Positions 1 through 10,162 of a stretch of DNA of 64,000 nt are shown here, in pieces. The stretch comes from Pontiella sp. (GTDB taxonomy: Bacteria > Verrucomicrobiota > Kiritimatiellia > Kiritimatiellales > Pontiellaceae), in assembly GCA_050290185.1 (NCBI GenBank), contig JBNKHE010000001.1:578713-642712 (forward strand), written 5' to 3'. A program made the translations under genes and the position numbers. Numbering within the stretch: the stretch's first letter is position 1; every line of letters begins with the position of its first letter. The notes below the pieces were generated by a model. The model worked only from the letters and a program-made list of their open reading frames with translations. It ran no database searches and was not told where the DNA came from.

Positions 1-704
1 AGAACGATGTTTTCGAGATCGGTTTCAAGGTAAGTCTTTTTACTGAGCGAGAATTCATTGAACTTATAGTACAAGCCCAGAATTTCCTCGTCGGAGGCAT
101 AGCCCAGTGCGCGCAGGAACGTAGACGCCAGGAATTTGCGGCGGCGGCGTTTGCGATCGAGATAGATGTAGATCAGGTCGCTGGTATCAAACTGCGCCTC
201 AATCCACGAACCATGATCCGGAATGATCCGGAATGAATGCAGGATGGAACCGTTCGCATGCTGGGACTGCTCGAAGCAGATACCCGGAGAACGGTGCAAC
301 TGACTGACGATGACGCGCTCGGCACCGTTGACCACGAAGCTTCCGCTATCGGTCATCAGCGGAATTTCACCCATGAATAGGGTGTCCTCGCGCATATCCT
401 CGCCTTCACGGAGCTTGAACGTTACATACAGCGGCGCCGAAAACGTCTCTCCTTCCCGAAGAGATTCGAGATGGTCGAGTTTCGGCTTCTTGATTTCATA
501 GCTGACGAAGTCCAGAGCAATCTGGCCATCGTAACTTTCAATCGGGAATGCTTCGCCCAGCACGGACTGCAGGCCAATTTTCTTCCGCTTGGAAGGAGAG
601 GTGTCCTGCTGCAAAAAGTCCCGGTAGGAATTCAGTTGGATTTCGATCAAGTCAGGCGCATCAAGCGCATCGGTCAGCTTGCCAAAGTTTTTTCTATCAG
701 CCAT
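1..704 (-). CDS. rpoB: RNA polymerase beta subunit, 5' part (runs off the window edge)
   Basis: Manual translation from ATG at 704: MADRKNFGKLTDALDAPDLIEIQ; later GEIPLMT..GSFVVNGAERVIVSQLHRSPG; directly downstream of rplL; not in the ORF track. Confidence 0.97.
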   Translation of the reverse strand, partial: MADRKNFGKLTDALDAPDLIEIQLNSYRDFLQQDTSPSKRKKIGLQSVLGEAFPIESYDGQIALDFVSYEIKKPKLDHLESLREGETFSAPLYVTFKLREGEDMREDTLFMGEIPLMTDSGSFVVNGAERVIVSQLHRSPGICFEQSQHANGSILHSFRIIPDHGSWIEAQFDTSDLIYIYLDRKRRRRKFLASTFLRALGYASDEEILGLYYKFNEFSLSKKTYLETDLENIV

Positions 705-735
705 CCCGTACCTTCAGGTTAATATTGGAGAACGC

Positions 736-791
736 TTGTTCCCCTTTGGGTCTCAAAGGGGAACAATCTACAAGCCATCGAAAGCGATGGC
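736..791. promoter_or_regulatory. Two perfect hairpins in the rplL-rpoB spacer (possible attenuator or processing site)
   Basis: TTGTTCCCCTTTG-n5-CAAAGGGGAACAA (736-766) and GCCATCG-AAAG-CGATGGC (774-791); no clear U-tract. Confidence 0.45.
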
Positions 792-822
792 GCATCTGTA
801 AGAATCAAGCAAACCCGCGGGC

Positions 823-1236
823 TTACTTGAGTTCTACGGTTGCTCCAACACCTTCGAGCTTTTCTTTCCAGGCATCAGCATCGGCTTTGGCAACGGCTTC
901 CTTGATGGTGGCCGGAGCACCGTCGACCAATTCCTTGGCTTCCTTCAGGCCGAGACCCGTCAGAGCGCGGAGTTCCTTGATCACCTGGATCTTGGATCCG
1001 CCTGCAGCGGTCAGAACGACATCGAAATCGGTCTTTTCTGCGGCGGCGGCACCACCTTCGTCACCAGCCGGAGCTGCGGCAACAGCGGCAACCGGAGCTG
1101 CGGCAGTTACGCCCAGACGATCTTCCAGAGCCTTCACGAGCTGCGAAAGTTCCAGAACAGAAATGGTTTCAACCCAATCAACGAATTCAGCCATCTTGCC
1201 TTCGAGTACTACTTCTTCTTTTGTTTCTTCGGACAT
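823..1236 (-). CDS. rplL: 50S ribosomal protein L7/L12
   Basis: [34 protein letters not shown]; operon context. Confidence 0.99.
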   Translation of the reverse strand: MSEETKEEVVLEGKMAEFVDWVETISVLELSQLVKALEDRLGVTAAAPVAAVAAAPAGDEGGAAAAEKTDFDVVLTAAGGSKIQVIKELRALTGLGLKEAKELVDGAPATIKEAVAKADADAWKEKLEGVGATVELK

Positions 1237-1272
1237 TTTGTACCTCCTTGAACTGCTATCTAATTCAAACTG

Positions 1273-1803
1273 TTATGCTTCTTGTTCTTTTTTCTCTTTT
1301 ACCGCGCTCAGCACGTATACCAAGCTCGCCACCTTCTGGTTGAGCACGCTGGCCAGGTTTCTGGCCGGTGCCTGCAGGGTGCCCAGCAACATAGCGCGCA
1401 GGACATCCTTCGAAGGAAGCTTGGAGAGTGCGACTACATCCTCAGCGGATACAGCCTTGCCTTCAACGAAGCCTCCCTTGACAACGGGTTTCTTGTTTGC
1501 TGCGGTAAATTTCCTAATGACCTTGGCCACTTCGACCACATCGCCTTCGCCATAGATCATGGCGGTCTGGCCTTTCATCATCCCGGAGATGTCTTCCGAC
1601 ATGGACCGGCTGAGCATGCGGTTTTTCACGACATTGTACGACGCGCCGTTTTCACGCAACGAGCTCTTCAATTCGTTGGTCATGGGCATATCCATGCCAT
1701 CGTAGTCTGCGAGGATCATATACAGGGCGCCAGCGACGCGCTGATCGATCTCGGCGGCCATGGCCGCCTTCTCCGGTCTTTGCTGTTTGTCTTCAGGTTT
1801 CAT
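1273..1803 (-). CDS. rplJ: 50S ribosomal protein L10
   Basis: VVKNRML, LSKLPSKDVLRAMLLGTLQAP; between rplA and rplL. Confidence 0.97.
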   Translation of the reverse strand: MKPEDKQQRPEKAAMAAEIDQRVAGALYMILADYDGMDMPMTNELKSSLRENGASYNVVKNRMLSRSMSEDISGMMKGQTAMIYGEGDVVEVAKVIRKFTAANKKPVVKGGFVEGKAVSAEDVVALSKLPSKDVLRAMLLGTLQAPARNLASVLNQKVASLVYVLSAVKEKKEQEA

Positions 1804-1820
1804 TCAAATACCCAACCCTT

Positions 1821-2516
1821 CTATGCGGTAATTTCCTTGAGGGTGACCCGCAGGCCCGGACCCATGGTGGAGGAAATGGTGCAACGCTTAATGTAGGTGC
1901 CCTTGGCGCTCGACGGCCTTGCGTGGTTGATAGCATCAACCACTGCTTTGGCGTTTTCGAGCAATGCGTTCTTTTCAAACGAGCGCTTACCAAAAGGTAC
2001 TGCGATATTCCCGTTACGATCCATACGGAATTCGACGCGACCGGCTTTCAGCTGAGTGACCGCTGCGGCGGTATCGTCGGTAACCGTTCCGGTCTTCGGA
2101 TTCGGCATCAAACCGCGCGGTCCCAGAACCCGGGCCACCTTGCGAACTTCCTTCATCGCGTCCGGCGTGGCAACGGCTGCGTCAAAATCAGTCCAACCGT
2201 CCTGCACCTTCTTAATCAGATCTTCGAATCCGACTTCAGCGGCACCCGCTTCGCGGGCGGCATCAGCGGCTTCGCCGGTGGCGAAAACGATGATACGCAC
2301 GTCCTTGCCGGTACCGTGGGGCAGAGCCACGGTCGAGCGAATCGCCTGATCCGACTTCGAAGGATCTACGCCCATGCGAAAGGCGAGTTCAAACGTTTCG
2401 TCAAATTTGGCGGTAGGGTTTTCCTGCAGGAACGCAACCGCATCATCAATGCTGAAGTCCGTATCCTTGGAGACCTTCTCCGCAACGTTTCTGTATATTT
2501 TTCCGTGAGTAGCCAT
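1821..2516 (-). CDS. rplA: 50S ribosomal protein L1
   Basis: KFDETFE, LPHGTGK, LGPRGLMPNPKTGTVT, SSTMGPG. Confidence 0.99.
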   Translation of the reverse strand: MATHGKIYRNVAEKVSKDTDFSIDDAVAFLQENPTAKFDETFELAFRMGVDPSKSDQAIRSTVALPHGTGKDVRIIVFATGEAADAAREAGAAEVGFEDLIKKVQDGWTDFDAAVATPDAMKEVRKVARVLGPRGLMPNPKTGTVTDDTAAAVTQLKAGRVEFRMDRNGNIAVPFGKRSFEKNALLENAKAVVDAINHARPSSAKGTYIKRCTISSTMGPGLRVTLKEITA

Positions 2517-2518
2517 GA

Positions 2519-2941
2519 TTATTCCACCTCGATTCCCATGCTGCGCGCTGTACCTTCGATGATACGCACTGCGGCGTCTGTATCCCGAGCATTGAGGTCG
2601 TCCTTCTTGACTTCAACAATCTCTTCAATCTGCGCACGGGTGACCTTGCCCACCTTGTCGCGGTTCGGAACGCCGGAGCCTTTGGCCAGACCGGCTGCCT
2701 TCTTAAGCAGCACCGATGCCGGGGGGCTCTTGGTCACGAACGAGAAGCTGCGGTCGCTGTACACGGTAATAACCACGGGAATAACCATTCCCGCCTGGCT
2801 CTGCGTGGCTGCGTTGTACGCCTTGCAGAACTCCATGATGTTCACACCGTGCTGACCCAGAGCAGGACCGACCGGCGGTGCCGGATTGGCTGCCCCTGCG
2901 GGGATCTGCAGCTTGATGTATCCTGTGATTTCCTTTGCCAT
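2519..2941 (-). CDS. rplK: 50S ribosomal protein L11
   Basis: [31 protein letters not shown]; start set at MAKEI. Confidence 0.99.
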   Translation of the reverse strand: MAKEITGYIKLQIPAGAANPAPPVGPALGQHGVNIMEFCKAYNAATQSQAGMVIPVVITVYSDRSFSFVTKSPPASVLLKKAAGLAKGSGVPNRDKVGKVTRAQIEEIVEVKKDDLNARDTDAAVRIIEGTARSMGIEVE

Positions 2942-2959
2942 AACAATCCTCAATCAAAT

Positions 2960-3514
2960 TTATTCGGCCGAACGTTCGACTTGCCAATATTCCAGCTCTA
3001 CCGGTGCTGAGCGTCCGAAGATCGATACCGAAATCTTCAGCTTTCCGCGTTCCGGATCGACTTCCTCAATCACACCGTTGAAGTTCATGAACGGTCCGTC
3101 GGTAATCTTTACCGCCTCGCCGGGCTCAAACATGACCTTCGGCGCAACCGCTTCCTTCTTCTCTTCAATCTGGTGAACAATGGTGTCCACCTCGGCTTCG
3201 CTTAACGCGGCGGGGCGCTCGCCTCCCAGGAATCCGATCACGCCGGGCGTGTTCTGAATAAAGTACCAGGCGCGTTCGTTGAAGCCGCCATCCTCATTAT
3301 ACAGGCTGATGTTAATCAGCACATAGCCTGGGAAAAACTTCCGGTTGACTGTCGTCTTCTTGCCTTCCTTAACCTCGGAGACCTTTTCGGAAGGGATAAG
3401 CACCTCTCCGATAACATCTTCCATTTCTTCCTGCTGCACACGACTGGCAATGTTTTTCTGAACCTTCAGCTCGTGACCGGAAAGTGCGTGTAGTATGAAC
3501 CACTGTTTAGCCAT
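2960..3514 (-). CDS. nusG: Transcription termination/antitermination factor NusG
   Basis: NGN domain (FFPGYVL, TPGVIGF) and KOW domain (DGPFMNFNG, IFGRSAPVEL). Confidence 0.99.
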   Translation of the reverse strand: MAKQWFILHALSGHELKVQKNIASRVQQEEMEDVIGEVLIPSEKVSEVKEGKKTTVNRKFFPGYVLINISLYNEDGGFNERAWYFIQNTPGVIGFLGGERPAALSEAEVDTIVHQIEEKKEAVAPKVMFEPGEAVKITDGPFMNFNGVIEEVDPERGKLKISVSIFGRSAPVELEYWQVERSAE

Positions 3515-3538
3515 TGTTTCCTACTCTCGTGAATAAAC

Positions 3539-3742
3539 TTAATGAATGATGAAACGAAGCAACCCCATGTTCACCAGGTCGCAAATCCCTACAAACGCAC
3601 CCAGAATGATGACCGAAATGATCACCACCAAGGATTGTCCGAAGAGTTCCTTGCGGGTCGGCCAGGTACACTTCAGCAACTCAATCTTCACCTCTTCGAA
3701 GAAGGTTCTCAAACTCCCAATGCCCTGGCTCAGTTTATTCAT
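3539..3742 (-). CDS. secE: Preprotein translocase subunit SecE
   Basis: FFEEVKIELLKCTWPTRKE plus one TM helix; between tRNA-Trp and nusG. Confidence 0.95.
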   Translation of the reverse strand: MNKLSQGIGSLRTFFEEVKIELLKCTWPTRKELFGQSLVVIISVIILGAFVGICDLVNMGLLRFIIH

Positions 3743-3764
3743 TGTACTTTCCGGTTTCAAAATT

Positions 3765-3840
3765 TGGCAGGTCGGAAGGGACTCGAACCCCTAACAGCCG
3801 GTTTTGGAAACCGGTGCTCTACCAATTGAACTACCGACCT
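3765..3840 (-). tRNA. tRNA-Trp(CCA)
   Basis: 76-nt cloverleaf AGGTCGG...CCGACCTGCCA; anticodon arm CCGGT-TTCCAAA-ACCGG. Confidence 0.98.
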
Positions 3841-3861
3841 GTTGTCAAAAAAAACGTCCAA

Positions 3862-4014
3862 CTACTTTGTTTCGCGATGCAACGTATGCCGGCGGTCACG
3901 AGGGCAGTACTTCTTGACTTCGCGCCGCTGGGTTTCCAGCTTCTTGTTGCGGGTGCCCGTGTAGTTGCGCTCTTTGCACTCGGTGCAGGCCAGAGTGATG
4001 ATATCTCTCGGCAT
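3862..4014 (-). CDS. rpmG: 50S ribosomal protein L33 (50 aa, below ORF-track cutoff)
   Basis: Manual translation [50 protein letters not shown]. Confidence 0.97.
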   Translation of the reverse strand: MPRDIITLACTECKERNYTGTRNKKLETQRREVKKYCPRDRRHTLHRETK

Positions 4015-4086
4015 GGTTTCGTCCTGTTCTTGATTAAACGGGGTCGGGGCAGGAAATCCTGCCCGTTACCCGATGTGATATCTACG

Positions 4087-5286
4087 TTACGCGGAAATTT
4101 CGGTAACGCGGCCGGCACCAACGGTACGGCCACCTTCACGAATCGCGAAGCGCATGTGCTGCTCCATCGCGATCGGGGTGATCAGCGTTACATCCATGGT
4201 CACGTTGTCGCCAGGCATAACCATCTCAACGCCTTCAGGCAGTTGGATGTCGCCGGTAACGTCGGTCGTACGGAAGTAGAACTGCGGACGGTATCCCTTA
4301 AAGAACGGGGTATGGCGACCGCCTTCGTCCTTGGACAGAACGTAGACTTCGCCTTTGAATGTGGTGTGCGGCTTGATCGAGCCGGGCTTGGCCAGAACCT
4401 GACCGCGCTGAACTTCTTCCTTCTTGGTGCCGCGAAGCAGGATACCCACGTTGTCGCCGGCCTGTCCTTCGTCGAGGATCTTGCGGAACATTTCAACGCC
4501 GGTGCAGGTGGTGGTGGCAGTATCTTTGATGCCCACGATTTCGACGGTGTCGCCCGTGTGGATGACCCCACGTTCAACACGGCCAGTAACCACAGTACCA
4601 CGACCTTCAATCGAGAATACGTCTTCGATCGGCAACAGGAAGGCCAGATCAGTAACGCGTTCGGGTTCCGGAATCCAGGAATCGAGAGCGTCCATGAGTT
4701 CCTGAATGCAGGCAGCGCCCGGTCCGGACGGATCTTCGATCGCCTTAAGGGCGGAACCGCGGATGATCGGGGAATCTTCTTCGAACTCGTACTTGGCGAG
4801 AAGTTCCTGAATTTCCATTTCGACGAGCTCGATGAGCTCTTCGTCGTCAACCAGATCGCACTTGTTCAGAAAAACAACGATTTTCGGAACACCAACCTGG
4901 CGGGCCAGAAGGATGTGCTCGCGGGTCTGGGGCATCGGGCCGGAAGGCGCTTCAACCACGAGAATCGCGCCGTCCATCTGGGCAGCACCGGTAATCATGT
5001 TCTTGACGTAGTCGGCATGGCCGGGGCAGTCAACGTGTGCATAGTGACGATTGTCGGACTCGTACTCAACATGCGAAGTCGCGATCGTCAAAATCTTGGT
5101 GGAATCGCGGCGACCCTGGGACTCGGATGCCTTTGCAACGCTATCGTATGCAATGTATTCAGCCAAACCCTTGGCTGCCTGCACACAGGTGATTGCAGCG
5201 GTGGTGGTGGTTTTACCATGGTCAACGTGACCAATTGTGCCGACGTTTACGTGCGGCTTTGTCCGTTCGAATTTATCCTTAGCCAT
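4087..5286 (-). CDS. tuf: Elongation factor Tu
   Basis: [40 protein letters not shown]. Confidence 0.99.
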   Translation of the reverse strand: MAKDKFERTKPHVNVGTIGHVDHGKTTTTAAITCVQAAKGLAEYIAYDSVAKASESQGRRDSTKILTIATSHVEYESDNRHYAHVDCPGHADYVKNMITGAAQMDGAILVVEAPSGPMPQTREHILLARQVGVPKIVVFLNKCDLVDDEELIELVEMEIQELLAKYEFEEDSPIIRGSALKAIEDPSGPGAACIQELMDALDSWIPEPERVTDLAFLLPIEDVFSIEGRGTVVTGRVERGVIHTGDTVEIVGIKDTATTTCTGVEMFRKILDEGQAGDNVGILLRGTKKEEVQRGQVLAKPGSIKPHTTFKGEVYVLSKDEGGRHTPFFKGYRPQFYFRTTDVTGDIQLPEGVEMVMPGDNVTMDVTLITPIAMEQHMRFAIREGGRTVGAGRVTEISA

Positions 5287-5340
5287 TTTTATTACCTCCT
5301 GAATCTTCCTCAGTTAACTTTTTCTTCAAACCCGAATAAG

Positions 5341-5416
<76 letters not shown>

Positions 5417-5544
5417 ATTGCCTATTCATTAAAACAGACAAACAAACCCCGCGGCACACCGGTAATGAATGTACGCGCAGTGCTTATTTAAAATAAAAAA
5501 ACAACCTCATATAGCCGTAGCTATTTCGGTAAATAAGACGGCGT

Positions 5545-5572
5545 ACTTTATAGAAAGCGCTTGGGGTGTCAA
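5545..5572 (-). promoter_or_regulatory. Sigma70-type promoter of the tRNA-Thr/tuf operon
   Basis: TTGACA-16 nt-TAAAGT on the minus strand. Confidence 0.7.
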
Positions 5573-5591
5573 CCATGAAGCCGAAAAAAGT

Positions 5592-6590
5592 TCAGCAAAT
5601 CCGCGGTAATGGGTCGGAAGCCAGAATTCCCAATGTTCTCAGGGTTCCGAGCGAGGTATGAAGCACGGTTTTCCCGGAAAAGTCAGCCACAATGGATCCG
5701 ATTATCGACGAATTTTCCCCACCCGTTGATTTTTTCAAGATTTCCAAGGCTTTTTCAGCCTGATCCGACGGCACCACGAATACCGCCTTGCCTTCATTTG
5801 CACTGTATAAAGGATCCAGGCCCAGCAGCTCCGATACACCGAATACGGCAGCCGACAGAGGAATTTCTTTTTCCTCCACGAGAATGCCCCATTCGCGGCC
5901 CTCGCTTAACTCGTTGAGAATCGTCGCCACGCCACCGCGGGTCGGATCGCGCATCCATTTCACATCCACTTTATCAATCAAATCGGAGATCATGCGGTTC
6001 AATGGGGCGCAGTCGCTCTGCAGATTCGACTTCAGCGGGAATCCCTTGCGCAGAGTCAGCAGCGCCATGCCGTGATCGCCGACCGTTCCGCTGATGATTA
6101 TTTTGTCGCCCGGCGCAATGGTATCCGGTCGCATGGGCTTTTCCAGCAAACCGATACCTGCCGTATTGATGAAGATGCCGTCGCCCTTCCCCTTCTCCAC
6201 CACCTTGGTATCGCCGCAGACGATTTTAACGCCTGCCTCCCGGGCCTTGGATGCAATTGACTTCACAATCCGCTCCAACACCTCCAGTTCCAGTCCGGCC
6301 TCGAGAATGACACCCAGCGACAGCCAAAGCGGCTTCGCCCCCATTACCGCCAGATCGTTCACCGTCCCGCAAACCGCCAACGTTCCGATATCGCCGCCGG
6401 GAAACTCCACCGGGCTGACCACATAGGAATCCGTCGTGAACACCAGCGTTCCGCCCGCATGCTCAAGAACGGCCCCGTCATCCATCGACTCAGGCCCGGC
6501 ATCGCCCAGATGCCGGCAAAAAACATCGCGCACCAGCTCGTGCGTCATCCGCCCACCGGAGCCATGCCCCAATATTATTTTTTCATTCAT
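5592..6590 (-). CDS. hypE: Hydrogenase maturation carbamoyl dehydratase HypE
   Basis: GHGSGG, FTTDSYVV, GTVNDLA, MRDPTRGG, ANEGK, C-terminal PRIC; start at MNEKII. Confidence 0.97.
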   Translation of the reverse strand: MNEKIILGHGSGGRMTHELVRDVFCRHLGDAGPESMDDGAVLEHAGGTLVFTTDSYVVSPVEFPGGDIGTLAVCGTVNDLAVMGAKPLWLSLGVILEAGLELEVLERIVKSIASKAREAGVKIVCGDTKVVEKGKGDGIFINTAGIGLLEKPMRPDTIAPGDKIIISGTVGDHGMALLTLRKGFPLKSNLQSDCAPLNRMISDLIDKVDVKWMRDPTRGGVATILNELSEGREWGILVEEKEIPLSAAVFGVSELLGLDPLYSANEGKAVFVVPSDQAEKALEILKKSTGGENSSIIGSIVADFSGKTVLHTSLGTLRTLGILASDPLPRIC

Positions 6591-7287
6591 CAGAATCTTG
6601 CCCAGCTTCCAATCCCCGCCCTTCCGGCTGCACATCAGGATGCAATCGCCGCCACCGTGCTGCATACAGGAAATAAATACCTGGCCCAAAGGAGAGCAGC
6701 ATGACCGCAATACCGAATGTGATGCCGATGAAGGTATAGAAACCGGCACAGCAATAGTCACGGCAACGGGCAACAATATGCGTGGGAACGGCAACGAACA
6801 AAGCAATCACACTGCCCTGCAAGAGCCGCTTGCATTGCAGCAGAATGATATTTTCCGGCTCCTTGCTTTTTGAAATCCGGTAAAATACACCCCCCCACAC
6901 GATCCATAATACAACCCCACCCGCAAGCGCGGACCAACCGAGCCATCCCGATTCAAATGCTTTCTCCCGCTGAAAGAATTCCACCAGGGAACCGATGACT
7001 CCCACGAGGAGCGCTCCGGCTAAAAAACCGGCAACGATGATCGGGAAAACGACATGCCTTCTTGAAACTGGCCGCCTGTGTTCAATCCTCATGGGCAAAA
7101 GCAAAAGTCCCGCTTCGCAAAGGAGAAGAATCACGATAAAAATCCAGTATGGGACCTCGCAGAATAGCCCCAAAGGTTCCGAGGTTTGCATTCCGGAAAA
7201 GGCAAAAGAGGACGCCACCAGCGGCCATGTCAACACGACGAATATGACCAGATAGGCCAACACCACAAACCACGCTATTTTTTTCAT
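6583..7287 (-). CDS. Multi-pass membrane protein of unknown function
   Basis: About 6 hydrophobic segments, HIVARCRDYCCA loop; GGAGG before the ATG; stop overlaps the hypE start. Confidence 0.8.
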   Translation of the reverse strand: MKKIAWFVVLAYLVIFVVLTWPLVASSFAFSGMQTSEPLGLFCEVPYWIFIVILLLCEAGLLLLPMRIEHRRPVSRRHVVFPIIVAGFLAGALLVGVIGSLVEFFQREKAFESGWLGWSALAGGVVLWIVWGGVFYRISKSKEPENIILLQCKRLLQGSVIALFVAVPTHIVARCRDYCCAGFYTFIGITFGIAVMLLSFGPGIYFLYAARWRRLHPDVQPEGRGLEAGQDSDE

Positions 7288-7642
7288 TTTTTCCTCCCAG
7301 AGCCCAATATTCGAAGCCCGCCTAGCGGGACAACGCAACCCCTAGCCAAAAACTCGAAACCTCTTCATCATAGATTCGCAACGCATCGCCGTATCCATAA
7401 AACGCATGGCCATACAAACACAAAGAAGCCGGCCGGACAGAATAGGAAACATTCAAATCGACTGCCCCCCCTCCAATCCTTCTCACCATGCTCTAAAAAC
7501 AACACGGCTGCCGAAGCCGCAGGTCATACCCGAAATCGCGAATGGCCGTTCCTGCGCCATTACGATGTAATTCTCCGAACCGCATAAAGCGTTTCGCGGC
7601 CCGTTAGGCCATGTATCTTCAGCGCATATCCCTGCAACAGAC

Positions 7643-10063
7643 TTAGTCCCCCTTCAAGCCCTTGAATAGATCCTTGGATGCATAGATTTTGTAATCCTTG
7701 ATTTTGCCCGGATTGTTGCCCTCGCGCGGAAGGTAGCGTAGCGATTTGAACGTCTCCTCCTTGCCAAGATCGATCACGATCCGGTGCGGATGTTGCGTGT
7801 TGGCTCCATCGCCCTGATACTGCGTATGCCAAAAGGTTACCGGCTGTTCGTCGAGCACATTTCCGGCGGAGGCGGACTCCGCAACCAGCTCTTCGCTGTC
7901 GGCGTAAATCACTTCCCAGCCATCGCGATTCAGCCGCCTGCCGCCTGGATCCAACAGATGGATTTCAGCGATGGCTGCGTTGTTGTCCCGGGAATGGGAA
8001 CTGAGCGATTCAACACAGATATAACGGGCCGAAATGGTCCGGCTGAACCGGACCACCTGCGCTTTGTCACCGTTTTCAAACGAGCCCTCGGCGATCATTT
8101 GCTTGTCCGAAAGCTCAATGGATTCGCCCGGCTTGCGACTGTAGCCCAGTCCCGCGTCGAGCTGGAGACCGTAGACAAAATCGGTTACGCCCTTGAGCGC
8201 ATGGTGCCCAGTGGGTTCGATGTCCATTACAACCACTTCGTTGGCTCCTTCCTTCAGCCAGCACCCCGGCAGGTAGAGCGTGTATTGCGGGCCGATGCTC
8301 CAGTAGCGCCCAAGATTGATGCCGTTGACCCAAACCATACCCTTCCCCCACCCGGTCATGTCGAGCAGCGTATCGCCCACTTCGTCCAGGTTGAATTCAC
8401 CGCGATAGAAAATCGGCAGCGGCGAATGCCCGGCTGGTTCTTCTGAAAACTTGAGTCCGGCAATATCGGAGAGCTCCAGCGGAAAGGTGAACACCGACCA
8501 GTCGAGGACAGACTTCCCGTCGAGGGTCACTTCGCCCAGCCCCTTGCGGTCCTTCATCAGTTCGCGCGAATAGTTCAGATGGCCCATGTTTTCCAGCAGG
8601 ATATCAAGCATTACCTTACCTGCGGGCAGTTCGATACGGGCCGAGTCCTGCTTATAGCGCCGGTCGAGCGTAGCGACGCGCTTGCCGTTCACGATGATAA
8701 TAGCCCGGTCCTTCAACTCGCTGAATTCGAGGTCGTGCTTGCCGTCCTTCGGCACATTGACCGTAGTACGATAGAGCGCCAGCCCCTGGGTTGCATCGAG
8801 GGACTCCATGTGGGGAGCTTCCTTTGATTTGTACGGCTTCCTGACGAGTTGTTCGAAGGAAGCGGTCTGCGTCAGAACAAATTCAGGCACCTCGATGCGC
8901 TTAATCTGCCCGGGAGGTTCCGGCAGCTCGTAGTCGGCCGGCAAGTATTTCTTCAACGTATCCCTGAAGGTGTAGAACTTTTGGGTCAGGCGCCCAGTCT
9001 CGTCGATCGGCGAATCGTAGTCATAGCTGGTGGTGTCGGCGCTGTAGCGCCCCGACGACCAGTTGGCACCGGAGGTGAAACCAAAATTGGAGCCGCCGTG
9101 CAGCATGTAGACATTGAAGGAGACTTCGTTATCGAGCATCCACTCGATCTGCGTGATAAACGGCGCGAGCGCCTTGGTGTTGTGTTTATCCCCCCAATGA
9201 TCGAACCAGCCCACCCAGTATTCGCCGCACATTTTCGGCATGCCGGGATATTCGTCGGAAAAGAAGGAAAATGCCCGTTCGGCACTTCCGCCAAAATTCA
9301 TGGTGGAGTAGACCCCATCGATGTGCGCGGTGCCGATGGTATCGGAATTGGGCCAGTCGCAACGGATGAACATGGTGTCGAAGCCGGCGTCCTTCAACTG
9401 GTCGTAAATGGCGCGGTTGTATTTCACGTCGTCCTTGTTACCGGGACGGCCGAACTGCCCAAACTCATTTTCCACCTGGACCTGGATGATCGGGCCGCCA
9501 TGGTTCACCTGCAGATCCTTCAACTGCTCTCCGACCGCCTTCAGATAGCGCGCGGTGGCCGCCACAAAACGCGGATCGTTGGTGCGCACCTGCACATCCG
9601 GATCCTTCAACAACCAAGCCGGCAATCCACCGAAATCCCACTCGGAACAGACATAGGGGCCGGGACGGACAATGACCCACATCCCTTCCTCCTGGCAGAT
9701 GCGCACAAACTCGGCGACATCGAGGTTGCCCGAAAAGTCAAATTCTCCGGGCTTCTTTTCATGCGCGTTCCAGAAGACATAGGTGCCGATGCAGTTGAAG
9801 CCCATGGCCTTGGCCTTGCGGATGCGATCGCGCCAGTAGGCACGTGGAACGCGCGCATAGTGGATCGAGCCTGAAATGATGACCGCCGGTTTGTCGTCAA
9901 ACGTAAAGTAGCCGTCTGCAGCCCCGAATACCGGTTGCTTCTCTCCCGCAGGATTAGGCCGCGGAGGCAGTGGAAGAGTCTTGGCCGATGCGGTTATTGT
10001 CACACACGCCAGAACCAACAGCGCCAGCCCTTTTTTTACGTTTAAACACCACCAATATCTCAT
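7643..10063 (-). CDS. Secreted GH35 beta-galactosidase with C-terminal F5/8 type C (CBM32-like) domain
   Basis: SGSIHYARVP, RPGPYVCSEW, QVENEFG, GEYWVGWFDHWG, TSYDYDSP; C-terminal TFWHTQY..HPHRIVIDLG..LRYLPR. Confidence 0.93.
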   Translation of the reverse strand: MRYWWCLNVKKGLALLVLACVTITASAKTLPLPPRPNPAGEKQPVFGAADGYFTFDDKPAVIISGSIHYARVPRAYWRDRIRKAKAMGFNCIGTYVFWNAHEKKPGEFDFSGNLDVAEFVRICQEEGMWVIVRPGPYVCSEWDFGGLPAWLLKDPDVQVRTNDPRFVAATARYLKAVGEQLKDLQVNHGGPIIQVQVENEFGQFGRPGNKDDVKYNRAIYDQLKDAGFDTMFIRCDWPNSDTIGTAHIDGVYSTMNFGGSAERAFSFFSDEYPGMPKMCGEYWVGWFDHWGDKHNTKALAPFITQIEWMLDNEVSFNVYMLHGGSNFGFTSGANWSSGRYSADTTSYDYDSPIDETGRLTQKFYTFRDTLKKYLPADYELPEPPGQIKRIEVPEFVLTQTASFEQLVRKPYKSKEAPHMESLDATQGLALYRTTVNVPKDGKHDLEFSELKDRAIIIVNGKRVATLDRRYKQDSARIELPAGKVMLDILLENMGHLNYSRELMKDRKGLGEVTLDGKSVLDWSVFTFPLELSDIAGLKFSEEPAGHSPLPIFYRGEFNLDEVGDTLLDMTGWGKGMVWVNGINLGRYWSIGPQYTLYLPGCWLKEGANEVVVMDIEPTGHHALKGVTDFVYGLQLDAGLGYSRKPGESIELSDKQMIAEGSFENGDKAQVVRFSRTISARYICVESLSSHSRDNNAAIAEIHLLDPGGRRLNRDGWEVIYADSEELVAESASAGNVLDEQPVTFWHTQYQGDGANTQHPHRIVIDLGKEETFKSLRYLPREGNNPGKIKDYKIYASKDLFKGLKGD

Positions 10064-10162
10064 TAACTACTCCTATTTCGACATGACGCGCATGCGGTCC
10101 GGGTTGAGCCTAGGAATGTAGCAGACCTTTTACGGCGTACCAGTCCGTGTCTCAGGAAAATA

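Noticed and set aside
548..2855. Plus-strand ORFs of 335, 204 and 310 aa
   Set aside because: Antisense to ribosomal protein genes and rpoB
3862..4014. L33 with CxxC..CxxD incomplete zinc motif
   Set aside because: Common variant, not novel
5592..6806. 404-aa N-terminally extended HypE
   Set aside because: The extension overlaps the upstream membrane gene; HypE homology starts at 6590
7290..7640. Possible integron attC sites (GTTAGGC near 7603, ATTGGGC near 7302) or a small ORF
   Set aside because: Candidate core sites too close together, no convincing L boxes, no integrase; short frames lack motifs
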